DNA of 64,000 nt, taken from the sequence record MT811961.1, one strand, 5' to 3'. This document shows positions 16,386 to 26,625 of the stretch, piece after piece. A program made the translations under genes and the position numbers. The number at the start of each line of letters is the position of its first letter. Within the stretch, counting starts at the first letter, position 1. Under the pieces are notes generated by a model. That model did no database searches and was not told the DNA's origin. It saw only the letters and a program-made list of their open reading frames with translations.

Positions 16386-18323
16386 ATGACATTCGTAGCA
16401 CCAAACGCACAACAAAACAAACCAGCTGAAACTCAAGTAGAAGTAGCTCAGCCACAAGTGCAACCACAAGCAGCAGCACAAACTGCTCAACCACAACAAC
16501 CTGCGCAACAAACTGGTGGCTTTAAGTCTATGCTTGCAGCGTTCGGTCACACTCAAGTATCTTCTCTAGGTGAAGGTACATTCGCTAAGTTCGTAGAAGC
16601 GACTGAAGAAATCCAAAAAGGCGACGGCTCTGCTGACGCAGTTAAGTTCTTCCACGCTAAGCCAGCTGATCTAGCTCTACCGATTATGGTTTACGCTAAG
16701 AAAGTTCAAGCTCGCGTTTACTTCTACGCTCTATTGCCAGAAGCACTTCTTTACGCACCAATGCGTCAACACGAAGAGCTAGTTAACAAAAACTTCGCTG
16801 GCGGCGGTAAGAAAATCACAATCGACTTCCCAGTTTCTAAATGTTGGAACGAACGCTACATCGGTAAAGTACGTGCTTTCCTAGCAGAGAAATTCCAAGT
16901 AGCTGGTGAAGCAGTTGTACCTGTACACTTCTACGCTGTAGGTAAGAACCAACCAATCCTTGAAGAAGGTAACGTTGAGCGCATCTACAACCTAGCAGCG
17001 AACGCAATCAAGTCTAAAGCAAACCCTGCGAACTTGGTTGACGTGTCTCTATTCAAGAGCCAAGAAGTTCAAGTTGACGTTGACACAGAAATCCTACCTG
17101 GTCAAAACGTTGTAATGAGCAACGGTCGTGCAACAGCATGTGACGCAGTTATCACTGTTCGCGCTTCTGAGCGTAAGAACAACAGCTTCGACCCACATGA
17201 CGACGGTATGTCTGCACTGCTATCTCGCACAGCAGTTAAGTTCGACACTATCCGTACTCCTGGTATCATGCCACAAATGCAACCAGGTATGATGCACAAC
17301 GGTGCTCGTCCAGAAAACCATGCGCTACTAGTACTAACAGGTGTTGATGCATCTGAGTCTTGTGCACGTGTAACTATCGAAAACCCACTGACTCCTGTGA
17401 TCGGTCTAATGTCTACAACTCTGTTGGCATCTGGTCGTAACTGGGAATCAATCTTCGCTAACCCTGCTAAGCGTGGTCCTATCTCTCGTGATCTAGGTGT
17501 ACTAGGTTACCAATACGAACCATACGCAGGTGCTGGTGTTCAGTTCACACCTAAGCCAAAAATGATTGAGTACACTCAAGCAGCTTCTTCTACTGACTCT
17601 GTTACATTCCGTGCATTCTGTGATGCGTACTTCGTGCACAACTCAATGACACTAGCAATGGACATCGGTATCGGTACTGCTGAATCTTGGACTCAACAGC
17701 TATTCCTAGCTGCGGCTAAACGTGTATCTGGCGCTAACGATGCGTTGATCAACCTGTTCGATGCAATGACTGGTGGTGAGTTCTCTAAACAGTGGGCTCA
17801 AGCTAAGGACAAAGAAGTTGTTCAAGCTAACACAGTTATCGTTCACGGCGGTGAGTACAACCTGCCTGATGGTTCTCCATCTGACATCCGTCACATCGAT
17901 ACGCTATTTGCAGTAGCAGCAGCTAAAGAGCAAGCAGCATCTATCGATTCTCCAGTGAATGCATTCTCTGAATCTTTCATCCCTGGTGCAACTGACGGTG
18001 CTCAAGGTCTAGAACGTCTAGACGGTCGTCGTAAAGATATCGTTGCTCTTGAGCCATCTGCTGAAGGTAACTTCGATACTCTATACATCCGTGTGTTCTT
18101 CAACCCAGAGCTTGGTCCACGCATGGCAGCAGCTATGTCTGTAGCGGGCATCAACATGAACCCACGTGGTCTAGTTGATACTCAAATCATCAGCCAGCTA
18201 GCAAGCGGCTTCGTATACGGTCAAGCAATTGACGGTAACGTAGTTAACAATGTGTTCCGTGCAAACGTTGGTGCAGCAGGTAGCCAATTCGGTAACCACA
18301 TCCCTGGTCACATCTACATCTAG
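16386..18323 (+). CDS. chmA: Chimallin, phage nuclear shell protein
   Basis: 645 aa, extreme high-expression codon bias, disordered Q/A/P N-terminus. Position directly upstream of nvRNAP beta' is the hallmark ChmA synteny. Not confirmed by alignment. Confidence 0.8.
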   Translation: MTFVAPNAQQNKPAETQVEVAQPQVQPQAAAQTAQPQQPAQQTGGFKSMLAAFGHTQVSSLGEGTFAKFVEATEEIQKGDGSADAVKFFHAKPADLALPIMVYAKKVQARVYFYALLPEALLYAPMRQHEELVNKNFAGGGKKITIDFPVSKCWNERYIGKVRAFLAEKFQVAGEAVVPVHFYAVGKNQPILEEGNVERIYNLAANAIKSKANPANLVDVSLFKSQEVQVDVDTEILPGQNVVMSNGRATACDAVITVRASERKNNSFDPHDDGMSALLSRTAVKFDTIRTPGIMPQMQPGMMHNGARPENHALLVLTGVDASESCARVTIENPLTPVIGLMSTTLLASGRNWESIFANPAKRGPISRDLGVLGYQYEPYAGAGVQFTPKPKMIEYTQAASSTDSVTFRAFCDAYFVHNSMTLAMDIGIGTAESWTQQLFLAAAKRVSGANDALINLFDAMTGGEFSKQWAQAKDKEVVQANTVIVHGGEYNLPDGSPSDIRHIDTLFAVAAAKEQAASIDSPVNAFSESFIPGATDGAQGLERLDGRRKDIVALEPSAEGNFDTLYIRVFFNPELGPRMAAAMSVAGINMNPRGLVDTQIISQLASGFVYGQAIDGNVVNNVFRANVGAAGSQFGNHIPGHIYI

Positions 18324-18347
18324 TAAGTGTTGATTAATTAATACCTT

Positions 18348-18390
18348 GCCCAGTAGCCGCGTGCTACTGGGCTTGTATTCTTTTAATTTT
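18348..18390 (+). terminator. Terminator after chimallin
   Basis: gcccagtagc-cgcgt-gctactgggc followed by a T-rich tail. Confidence 0.8.
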
Positions 18391-18415
18391 TATTTTTGTC
18401 AACGAGGAGATAGTA

Positions 18416-19750
18416 ATGACAAAACCAACACTGAAAGAAAAGGGCCTTGTATTCCGACCGGTAAACTTCGAAGAACAATTTAATGCTTTGAAGAGCCCAC
18501 CGATCATTGTTAATGAGCTGTCGGTAGATACAAAAGATGACGAACGCTTCTTAGAGAGTTTGACTGTAACCACATGTTCTACAACAGACGTACTAGAAAA
18601 CCGTCCTCGTTGTTTGTGTGGTAAGTACAACAAAGCTCACCAAGTAGGTATTCAATGTGATGTTTGCGGACAAGTCGTCGCTTCCCCAAACTTACGCGCT
18701 ATTCAGTCTGATCTATGGATTGCAGCTCCACACGAGATCGAGTTTCTATTCATGCCTCTTGCATGGGTAATGCTAAGTAAACCATTGACACATCGCAAGT
18801 TCAATGGCCTCGAGTGGATGTGTAACCCTAACAAGGTAACGCCAGAAGTTTCCTCTAATCGCGCTAACTGTAAGACAACTCGCATTATCGAAGGTTTCCA
18901 TAACCTAGGTATTCGTCGCGGTCTGCGTAGTGTGATTGAGAACTTTGATGTTATCTTAGATAAGATCATCCTGAAGAATATCACTAACGTACAGCGTCGC
19001 TTAGAACTTCAGTTATTTGTTCAAAAGTACCGCAATGCAATCTTTACACGTGTTATCCCATTGCCTAGTAAAGTAGCTATGATTATCGAAGAAACGTCTG
19101 TAGGTACATACTACGACCAGACGATTGATTCGGCAGTTGAAGCAGCTTTCACAGCAGCAGGGATAAAAGAAGAACGTGACATTACTCGACTAGAAGCTCG
19201 CTTTACATCAGTAATGGTTAATCTAGGTGAATACTACCAGAACGTTGTAACCAATGTATTGTCTGGTAAGCCTGGGTGGTTGCGTCGTGTACTTTATGGT
19301 AACCGTCTGAACTTCTCGTACCGTGGGATTATCACATCTCGCCATGAACCCCATGAGTACGATACGCTTATTGTTCCATACAACCAGTTGTTGTCTTGTC
19401 TCCAACACGTCGTAGTTCGTCGACTTGTTAGACAACATGGCTTTACCCTATCTGCCGCGATGGCATATGTAAACGAACATGCTAAAGACTGTGATCCTTT
19501 GTTGTGGCATATCTTGGAAGATCTTATTGATGAGACACCTCCACTGAAGCCTAATGAAGTTTCACCGGTAGAAGCAGAGATAGGTTGTACACTAAAGACC
19601 CGCTCGGTAAGAAAAGGTCGTGGTATTATTACCACACTAACACGTTACCCATCATTGGACCGTTTGTCTACACAGCGCTTCCGCATCGTTGGTATCTCTC
19701 GAGATGACATCAAGATCTCTGTTATCTCTATTAAAGGGCCCAACGCAGAC
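18416..19750 (+). CDS. Non-virion RNA polymerase beta'-like subunit, exon 1 (phiKZ gp55-like)
   Basis: Zn finger CLCG...CDVC, GKPGWLRRVLYGNRLNFSYRGII, RYPSL, ending GPNAD (first half of NADFDGD). Confidence 0.9.
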
Positions 19751-21073
19751 AAAATAAAACAATACCTCTAAGGAGGGTACATGGAAATCGTGATCAACGG
19801 CATGATTTTCAGACGCTCTGGCCAGCATCCTTCACTTGCAGTCTCTGTTTGTGGAAGGGTCTATAATCTGAATTTAAAACAAGAAGCAGAGATCAATCCA
19901 CCAAAGGAAAATTGGTAGCTGACTCTAACCTCACCGGATACGAACAAGACGATTCTCTTGCATCGTCTCGTTGCCGAATCGTGGGTTATAAATCCAGATC
20001 CGTTATTGTTCAAGGTCGTCAATCATTTAAATGGCGACAAGCACAACCCCCATGCTAGAAATTTGGAGTGGACTACCTATCGTGGTAATCTTCTACATGC
20101 CTATGCACTGGGGCTGAGGACTGAAATGAAGTCCTTGGAAGTTTTCGACAAAGTCAAGAAAATTTGGTTTAAATCGGATGGCGTCAATGCGACGTCAGAA
20201 AAGATCGGTTTGTCTTCGGCTCAGCTTTCATATCATCTGAAAGTTTCTGGTTGGTATGAGAACGATAGTCATATCGTACAACTGCCCAATCTAGAAGAGC
20301 GAGTAATTCCAGGTACGTTATCGGTAACTGATTCTGTTTATGCTAAGCATATCGAAACAGGAAAAGTTTATGTCGATGTCAATGTCGCATCACTGGCAAG
20401 ACAGATAAATGTACCAAAATCAAATATCAAGCGGGTATTAAAGAAAGGCAAGGAGTACCCAACGGGTGGTTTCTTGTTTAGTCTCGATGGTGAGTTTCCT
20501 GAAACTTTCAGGTACAATCATCGCACTGCGGTGAATTATTGCCTGGTTAATGAAACTGGCGATGAAATCACTGGAACTAGTATTCGCGATCTTATATCGA
20601 AAACAAAGATTAACGGAAAACGACTCAGTAGGATGAAGAAGGAAAATACTTCTTTCAAAGGCTGGAAGTTTAAATTGTAAGTCCGCCCCTATGGTGACAT
20701 ACGGGTGAGAGTGTGTTAATTGCTGGTAAAGTCTAAAGCCCAACACCAAAACGGAATCCGAAAGGATAGACGGCAATGGTGACGAAAGTCAGAAAAGACG
20801 TTGGGATGGCCTATGGTGAGAGCCTAAGGGTTTTGATAATGGACAATTCGAGCAGCCAAGTGCCTAAGTATATCCGTGAGGATAGATATGGTAAAGGTTC
20901 AACGACTAAGGGATTCTGCACCCTGTAGGGGCCAAGTGGCTTCCAAACGCACACGCCTCGGGTTGACTGAAGAAGTCTTATCCCCGAGGATTGATATAGT
21001 CTCGGCGTCCAGTGAAAACCTGGAGAAGTTCATAAGAGAACTGCATAGATTAACGACCTATGTGAAGACTCCG
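19751..21073 (+). mobile_element. Group I self-splicing intron with homing endonuclease
   Basis: Core elements: aattgctgg (20718), aattcgagcagcc (20845), gttcaacgacta (20897), gatatagtct (20993). P3 gtgtgtt/aacgcac, P7 gacta/tagtc, terminal G. Removal restores NADFDGD in frame. Confidence 0.92.
19781..20680 (+). pseudogene. NUMOD4-HNH homing endonuclease with in-frame TAG at 19916-19918
   Basis: SD aggagg plus ATG 19781 is in frame with LHRLVAESW..NHLNGDKHNPHARNLEW. One amber codon falls at codon 46. Confidence 0.75.
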
Positions 21074-21265
21074 TTCGACGGGGACATGATGACTGGCGAG
21101 CTTATCCTAGATAATGCTACAGCAGATGGTTTCGAAACTTTAGCGCCACATTACGGTATCCATGATACTTTGAATCCTGGCACTATTCGACATATCGCTG
21201 ACTTACCTAGTCCAACTGTTCAAACAATCGCCAACTTCATTGCAAGTGAAGTAATGGTAATCTAA
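21074..21265 (+). CDS. nvRNAP beta'-like subunit, exon 2
   Basis: Begins FDGDMM. Spliced product is 445+63 = 508 aa. Confidence 0.9.
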   Translation, partial: FDGDMMTGELILDNATADGFETLAPHYGIHDTLNPGTIRHIADLPSPTVQTIANFIASEVMVI

Positions 21266-21310
21266 AAGGAGGAGGGGGTAAAACCCCTCTTCCCTTATCT
21301 TATTTTTATT
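21266..21310 (+). terminator. Intrinsic terminator
   Basis: aaggaggagggg-gtaaaa-cccctcttccctt followed by a T-rich tail. Confidence 0.65.
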
Positions 21311-21323
21311 TGAGGAATTATTT

Positions 21324-21710
21324 ATGTTACGTTCAGAAGTTACTTTCGACAACAAAGAAAAACTAGATCCTAAGAAACACACGCCATTCACATTTTATGA
21401 TCACAATCATGAAATCTGGTTCGACTTCTCGAGAGTGGAAGATGGCTTCTTCTACTTTACCGTATTGCGCTTTGAGTCTTCTCCTTGTGATGACGAGGCA
21501 AAAGCAATGACCAAAGATCAGCATGCCCGCATGATGCATCCTGAAACAGAAGTCGAAGAGATCTTCTGTGGTAACTTCACGGTTGGCGAGTACCGTCATA
21601 CCAACTTCTTCCCAGAAGAGGACGGTTACGGATTCTACCCGCCTATGGAAATCATGACCAAGGTATTCCAGCTATTGACATTGATTGCAGATGCAATGAA
21701 CGCAAAGTGA
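21324..21710 (+). CDS. Hypothetical protein, 128 aa
   Basis: SD gagga plus ATG. Confidence 0.7.
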   Translation: MLRSEVTFDNKEKLDPKKHTPFTFYDHNHEIWFDFSRVEDGFFYFTVLRFESSPCDDEAKAMTKDQHARMMHPETEVEEIFCGNFTVGEYRHTNFFPEEDGYGFYPPMEIMTKVFQLLTLIADAMNAK

Positions 21711-21712
21711 TC

Positions 21713-21722
21713 TCTATATAAC
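21713..21722 (+). promoter_or_regulatory. Class I early promoter core
   Basis: tctatataac, without a clear upstream TTCA element. Confidence 0.45.
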
Positions 21723-21755
21723 CACATTGTATTTAAACCACAAAAGGAACATAGT

Positions 21756-22262
21756 ATGTTCAAGCTTTCTAGTTTAGACAAAGCCAAGCTTTTGGCATCA
21801 TGGACCAATGCACTTAAGAACGACAAGGTGAGTGTGTGGGCACGTAACAACTTGCCAGAGCACATGAAGGAACTAACCACAAATACTGATCGTATGTTGG
21901 TTGGTAAATGGAATGGCGTTGAAAAGATCATTGTCACGATGATGATGGCCCGTACGGATTCTGTTACTGTGATGGTGTACAATCCAGAGATTCATGCCAT
22001 GGAGTCTCAAGATGGCCTGGCCGAGTTAGAAGGTCTCAGCTGGTTGGATGAGACAACAATGATGGTTACCCTCATGCATGGTAAAGACCGTGAGCCTCTG
22101 GCAGAAATAGCCGCTGAACGAATGAGTGGAGAAAAGGTTAAGTTGATTCTAGCTGATGCAAAATCATCACCTTTCCTTGGTGGTACCTTGTATCGACACG
22201 AAGAATCACAGGAATTAATTCTTGTAAAACCACAGTTCCTCAAATCACATATGAAGGCTTAG
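21756..22262 (+). CDS. Hypothetical protein, 168 aa
   Basis: SD aagga plus ATG. Confidence 0.7.
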   Translation: MFKLSSLDKAKLLASWTNALKNDKVSVWARNNLPEHMKELTTNTDRMLVGKWNGVEKIIVTMMMARTDSVTVMVYNPEIHAMESQDGLAELEGLSWLDETTMMVTLMHGKDREPLAEIAAERMSGEKVKLILADAKSSPFLGGTLYRHEESQELILVKPQFLKSHMKA

Positions 22263-22322
22263 TCCTTTATTTATAACGCCTCAGCACAATCTTGTGATGA
22301 AAGCAAAAAGAGAGAAGACCCC

Positions 22323-22934
22323 ATGATGATGTCCCACAATATGGCAATTGCCTCTATGTTTGGTAAACCATCGACTGGACTGCAAAACGCTATCCAGCAG
22401 ATTCACCAATCATATGTAGGTACTGCCGTGGCAGCAACAGGTATTCTTCAGCAGGTACAGCAAAAGTTCCATGATCTAAACTTCGGTACAACCGCAAAGA
22501 TCATCGACTCGATGCGTGCTAAGAATGAAGTAATCCTGCAAGCAGAACCAATGCGCTTGTTAGTTACCTTAGGTGACTTCCAGCATGCCAACTCTAAAGA
22601 ACGTCGCGTAATCATGGCCACTCCAGTAATCCGTGAAGAATACCAAGCAGGTAACCTGCGCGGCTACGGAGACTTGTACGTCAACGCTTCGCCTACTGGT
22701 GTTGGTAGTTCACATTATGACTACCGTGCGTTCACTAGTGGTGTGGTTCAAACACAGACTCAGGAAGATGGAACAACTCGTTCTCAAGCTTCTTGGTACT
22801 ATGAATCACACAAAGAAGAACAAGATCTATCTATCGCCGAGAAACGAAATGCAGCTGTGTTGATGACAACCGCAGCATGGATGATCGACGAAACAGAGTA
22901 CGACTTGACTTCTCCAGAAAACGACCTAATGTAA
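22323..22934 (+). CDS. Conserved phiKZ-like hypothetical protein, 203 aa
   Basis: Core-block position, followed by a UUCG terminator at 22937-22954. Confidence 0.7.
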   Translation: MMMSHNMAIASMFGKPSTGLQNAIQQIHQSYVGTAVAATGILQQVQQKFHDLNFGTTAKIIDSMRAKNEVILQAEPMRLLVTLGDFQHANSKERRVIMATPVIREEYQAGNLRGYGDLYVNASPTGVGSSHYDYRAFTSGVVQTQTQEDGTTRSQASWYYESHKEEQDLSIAEKRNAAVLMTTAAWMIDETEYDLTSPENDLM

Positions 22935-22967
22935 TCAAGGCCCTTCGGGGCCTTTTAAGGACCCTCT

Positions 22968-23369
22968 ATGAAACAACCTGTTGTTCTGCATCTAGGTGCA
23001 AAGAATGTGGTCAAAGACCCTGAAGACCTTTTGCGTATGCTGTTTCTACAGGCATATACGGCCACTGCCCAACAGGGCAAAGGCCTGGGCAAAGTTTTTT
23101 CTTTTCAATATCTGACCGGACTTTACGGTAATGAACCAAAAGAGTTTGTACGCCAACTCGAATCACAGTTCGGTGACTATTTGAAATCGTACTTCACTGA
23201 AGGTGCTTTGGTTACTGTAACTGATGTAAACTCAGATGAGGCTGCTCGTTATACAATTGAGTTATCTGCCCGTGTAACCTATGGCGGACAACCATACCAG
23301 CTCTCTGAGGTTTTGCGTCTAGACCCAGATAAAACATTGACACGCATCACCGATGCGTTAAGAGGTTAA
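22968..23369 (+). CDS. Conserved phiKZ-like protein (possible gp25-like fold)
   Basis: 133 aa, SD aagga. Function is a guess. Confidence 0.6.
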   Translation: MKQPVVLHLGAKNVVKDPEDLLRMLFLQAYTATAQQGKGLGKVFSFQYLTGLYGNEPKEFVRQLESQFGDYLKSYFTEGALVTVTDVNSDEAARYTIELSARVTYGGQPYQLSEVLRLDPDKTLTRITDALRG

Positions 23370-23370
23370 T

Positions 23371-23847
23371 ATGAAACCCGAAAACTTTGAAGATGTCCCA
23401 CAAATCAACGAACACAATTTCGTTAAGAACTACCTTCCTCTTCTATTAGATAACGAAAATCCGAATGGTCGTATGCGCTGGGTAGAAGAAGTATCTATCC
23501 AACCTACGTTGTCCGTAGAGGTAGTTGATGATGAAGATCATACTAAAGTTCTTTATCGTGTCCCGCCTCTTGTTTATACCCCTGAAACCCAGATAGGTAC
23601 AAACATGGGCAATATCATTAACAAGGGCCTAGAAGACACTCGTCACAAGCGTAACCCTGCTTACCTTAATGGGGCAGTAAGTGCACTGCGTGAAGTAATC
23701 GATGCTTCTGAGCCTCCGCAGGAAGACATAGAGGCATGGGAATTTATCCTGAATCGCTATGGTTACCTGGATACACCGGCTAGTAAAGAAGGAGAGACTG
23801 GTGCTAAAAACAATAGACCAGCTACCTATGAGGAAGAAGATTGGTGA
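23371..23847 (+). CDS. Conserved hypothetical protein, 158 aa
   Basis: Coupled to its neighbours, acidic end EEEDW. Confidence 0.7.
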   Translation: MKPENFEDVPQINEHNFVKNYLPLLLDNENPNGRMRWVEEVSIQPTLSVEVVDDEDHTKVLYRVPPLVYTPETQIGTNMGNIINKGLEDTRHKRNPAYLNGAVSALREVIDASEPPQEDIEAWEFILNRYGYLDTPASKEGETGAKNNRPATYEEEDW

Positions 23848-24961
23848 TTTAGCTTTTGCTACGATCTCCGATGTTCACCTTTGCCATCCTCGTGTACCTA
23901 TCAGTAGACTACTTGCTACGATTAACCGATTCTTCCCAGATAATGATCTGACAGGAGAACTCGATTATATCTTGGTTGCGGGTGATTTATTTGATCGTCT
24001 TCGCACATTGGCAGATAATGAAGTCTATGCTGTGATGGACTTTATGATGTATTGGCTAGCCATGCTAAAAGAACGTGGAGTCAGACTTCGTGTACTAGAA
24101 GGCACGCCTTCACATGACCGAAATCAATCAGAGCTCGTTGTAAGAATCAATAACGCACTGGGTGAAAAAGGCTGTGATTTGCGATACGTCGATGTACTTA
24201 AGATAGATCACGAAGAAGAGTTCGGAATCAACATTCTTTATGTGCCTGACGAATGGCGTGGTGAAACAGATCAAACCTGGCAAGAAGTCAGAGAACTAAT
24301 GCGTCAACAGCGATTGGATTCAGTAGACATTGCAGTTATGCATGGTATGTTCGGACATCAATTGCCAAATGGCATTATGCGCGATCACCACAAGGCAAGC
24401 AACTATGAGTCTATTGTCAATTGGTTCATTACGGTTGGGCATATTCATAGCTCGTCTAATTATGGCAAGATCTTTGCACAGGGTTCACCCGATCGTCTAA
24501 GTCACAACGAAGAAGAAGCCAAAGGCATCTTTAAGTTTGTTGTCACGCCAGAAAACAACGCAGTAGTATCCAAGTTCGTTGAGAATGATGATGCAACTCC
24601 GTTTGTTACACTGGACCTAGTGGGACTAGACATGGATCCTGCCATGCAGATCATCAAAAACAAACTTGATGAGATATCCTATGGTAACATCCGTCTACTG
24701 GTAGATGGCAAACTCTTCGGTGATGGCATTCTTGACTCTGCAACTGACCTGGCTGGTGAAAAAGAAATCATCTGGTCAAAGAAAGTAGAGAAGCAGAAGA
24801 TTAAAGAAGGACAGGATGATTCGGCAACGATGATGGCTCTTGATCTGCCGTCTATAAATAAGAATACAATCACTGGGCTGACACATTCTTATGCTGAACG
24901 ACAAGGATATGCCCCAGGAGCCATCACAGTGGCCCTAGAGCTGTTAGAGGAATATAAATGA
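23828..24961 (+). CDS. sbcD: SbcD/Mre11-like metallophosphoesterase nuclease (phiKZ gp65-like)
   Basis: Calcineurin-like motifs SDVH, GDLFD, GTPSHD, MHG, GHIH. Likely start MRKKIG. Confidence 0.85.
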   Translation: MRKKIGDLAFATISDVHLCHPRVPISRLLATINRFFPDNDLTGELDYILVAGDLFDRLRTLADNEVYAVMDFMMYWLAMLKERGVRLRVLEGTPSHDRNQSELVVRINNALGEKGCDLRYVDVLKIDHEEEFGINILYVPDEWRGETDQTWQEVRELMRQQRLDSVDIAVMHGMFGHQLPNGIMRDHHKASNYESIVNWFITVGHIHSSSNYGKIFAQGSPDRLSHNEEEAKGIFKFVVTPENNAVVSKFVENDDATPFVTLDLVGLDMDPAMQIIKNKLDEISYGNIRLLVDGKLFGDGILDSATDLAGEKEIIWSKKVEKQKIKEGQDDSATMMALDLPSINKNTITGLTHSYAERQGYAPGAITVALELLEEYK

Positions 24962-25755
24962 TCGAACGTGTACTCGGAGAAGAAATAGCTATCTCCGTGG
25001 CTACGGCACAGATCTTTGAACTGACTCTTACTCAAGAAATCCCAAATAAGCCAGATGGTGTGATCTTTAATGTTCGCACTCTCTGGCGTAACTTCTGGGA
25101 AGCTTACGATAAGGATACTCGACCTATTACGCGTAATCTTGTCGAACCTTTCTTTGAGGAACTAGAAGTGATTGCTGGGCTTATGGTCAACATAGGTATC
25201 CAGCATTATTTCTATTGGCCGGAGTACCGTGGACTTTATACAAAGTTTCCTGGTAGCGTGCCAAAGTCAGATGAAAAGAAAACGGCCAATGCCATTATCT
25301 TTGATGCTTCAGAAGCTTTAATTGCTGCTGAAGTCAAGCGCCGCAAGGCCGCAACAATACTGGATCTATTGTTACCTAATAACAATGGTAACTTTTGGCT
25401 AGTTAGTCACTTGCCCATAGATCTATTTAATCGCTATCAATTCTCTTCCTTGCTGCTTCTTCAGAGTCATACGGGTAAGTTAATTGAACCTATTGGCTGG
25501 AACAAGACGATCTTCGCAAACGAGCGTTATCGCAGAATGCCGTTTAATCCGTTTACCTTCTCTATCTTTGGCGATAGAAGCAAGATGTTCTCGGGTCATC
25601 CTATCCGTATACGTAAGGCAGTATTCCAACTGGCAGAAGAAAACCATTGGACTCCGCTTACTACAATAGAGAAGATCCGTTATGACATCCGTAAGGTAAC
25701 TGACGCGGACCTTAAGAAGATCCTGATGAAAGCTTTAGAGTATCGCCTGTCTTAA
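24958..25755 (+). CDS. Conserved phiKZ-like protein (gp66 position)
   Basis: 265 aa, ATGA overlap, core synteny. Confidence 0.7.
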   Translation: MIERVLGEEIAISVATAQIFELTLTQEIPNKPDGVIFNVRTLWRNFWEAYDKDTRPITRNLVEPFFEELEVIAGLMVNIGIQHYFYWPEYRGLYTKFPGSVPKSDEKKTANAIIFDASEALIAAEVKRRKAATILDLLLPNNNGNFWLVSHLPIDLFNRYQFSSLLLLQSHTGKLIEPIGWNKTIFANERYRRMPFNPFTFSIFGDRSKMFSGHPIRIRKAVFQLAEENHWTPLTTIEKIRYDIRKVTDADLKKILMKALEYRLS

Positions 25756-25817
25756 AAATAACGATACATCTTAATCAGGTAGAGTATTTTTGATAATAAT
25801 AACCGGAGTAATCCATC

Positions 25818-26516
25818 ATGTCTAACTCACCCCAATCCCAATTCGGTGCTACGCCACTAAACCAATTCTCATTCAAGCTTCGCGGTGAACGCTGGAACGA
25901 GTCAGATTGGAAGCGTCCCGAACTTACCCTAGATATGGTAAACAACAACCCACGTTTCGTGGTATTCTGCAATAACCCATCTGAAGCAGAAAAGACACGT
26001 GAAGTGGATGGTCGTACGAAGAAGGTAGCAAACACGCCTATCTCTTGTCGTATGAAATGGTCAGACTTCTGGAAGTTTACTTTCCTAATGGAAGAAGTAA
26101 TTGCTTCTAGTGAGCCGATCGAATTCTCTATGTCGTTCAAAGGTGCGAAATACGAGAACGGTCAAAAGGTTCCTGGTAAGACAGTTGTGAACTCTCGACT
26201 ATCATTTGGTCAAGATAGTGACGGCTGTATCTACATGAAGATCTATGAGAAAGATCGTGATAAAGCATTGTTCCGTTTCGCTGACGAGTACTGGGTACCA
26301 ATCCAACAGGATGGCCAAGAACTTCCTAAAGCTAAGAACTCTAAGCTTTCTGCTCGTTCATGGTGGATGCAGATTATGGAAGTATGTGGACCATTGGCGG
26401 TTGCATACTACGTACCTCAAGCTGGTCGAGAAGTCAAAGACCAACGCACCAATAAACCAACTGCTGCTCCTAAGACTGACGACATCGTTGTAAACGAAGA
26501 CGACGGTTGGGAATAA
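25818..26516 (+). CDS. Conserved protein with acidic-aromatic tail, possible ssDNA-binding protein (gp67 position)
   Basis: Beta-rich aromatic core, ends DDIVVNEDDGWE. Terminator at 26525-26551. Confidence 0.6.
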   Translation: MSNSPQSQFGATPLNQFSFKLRGERWNESDWKRPELTLDMVNNNPRFVVFCNNPSEAEKTREVDGRTKKVANTPISCRMKWSDFWKFTFLMEEVIASSEPIEFSMSFKGAKYENGQKVPGKTVVNSRLSFGQDSDGCIYMKIYEKDRDKALFRFADEYWVPIQQDGQELPKAKNSKLSARSWWMQIMEVCGPLAVAYYVPQAGREVKDQRTNKPTAAPKTDDIVVNEDDGWE

Positions 26517-26625
26517 TAATTAATGACACTCGGCCACATGGGCCGAGTGTCTATTATTGTTTTATCATTATTGACTCAACACAATAATGATATGATGAAT
26601 TTGAATTAACTTAGGGAATAGCATC

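Noticed and set aside
19958-20680. TTG-start 240-aa HNH ORF as the complete gene
   Set aside because: No SD before the TTG. The SD-linked ATG at 19781 is in frame, and the NUMOD4 region lies upstream of the amber codon.
19751-21073. Group II intron or intein
   Set aside because: No GUGYG start, no RT domain, and in-frame stops are present. Group I P/Q/R/S elements are found instead.
20876-21265. 129-aa ORF as an independent gene
   Set aside because: Its first 66 codons overlap the intron core. Only 21074-21265 is coding, as exon 2.
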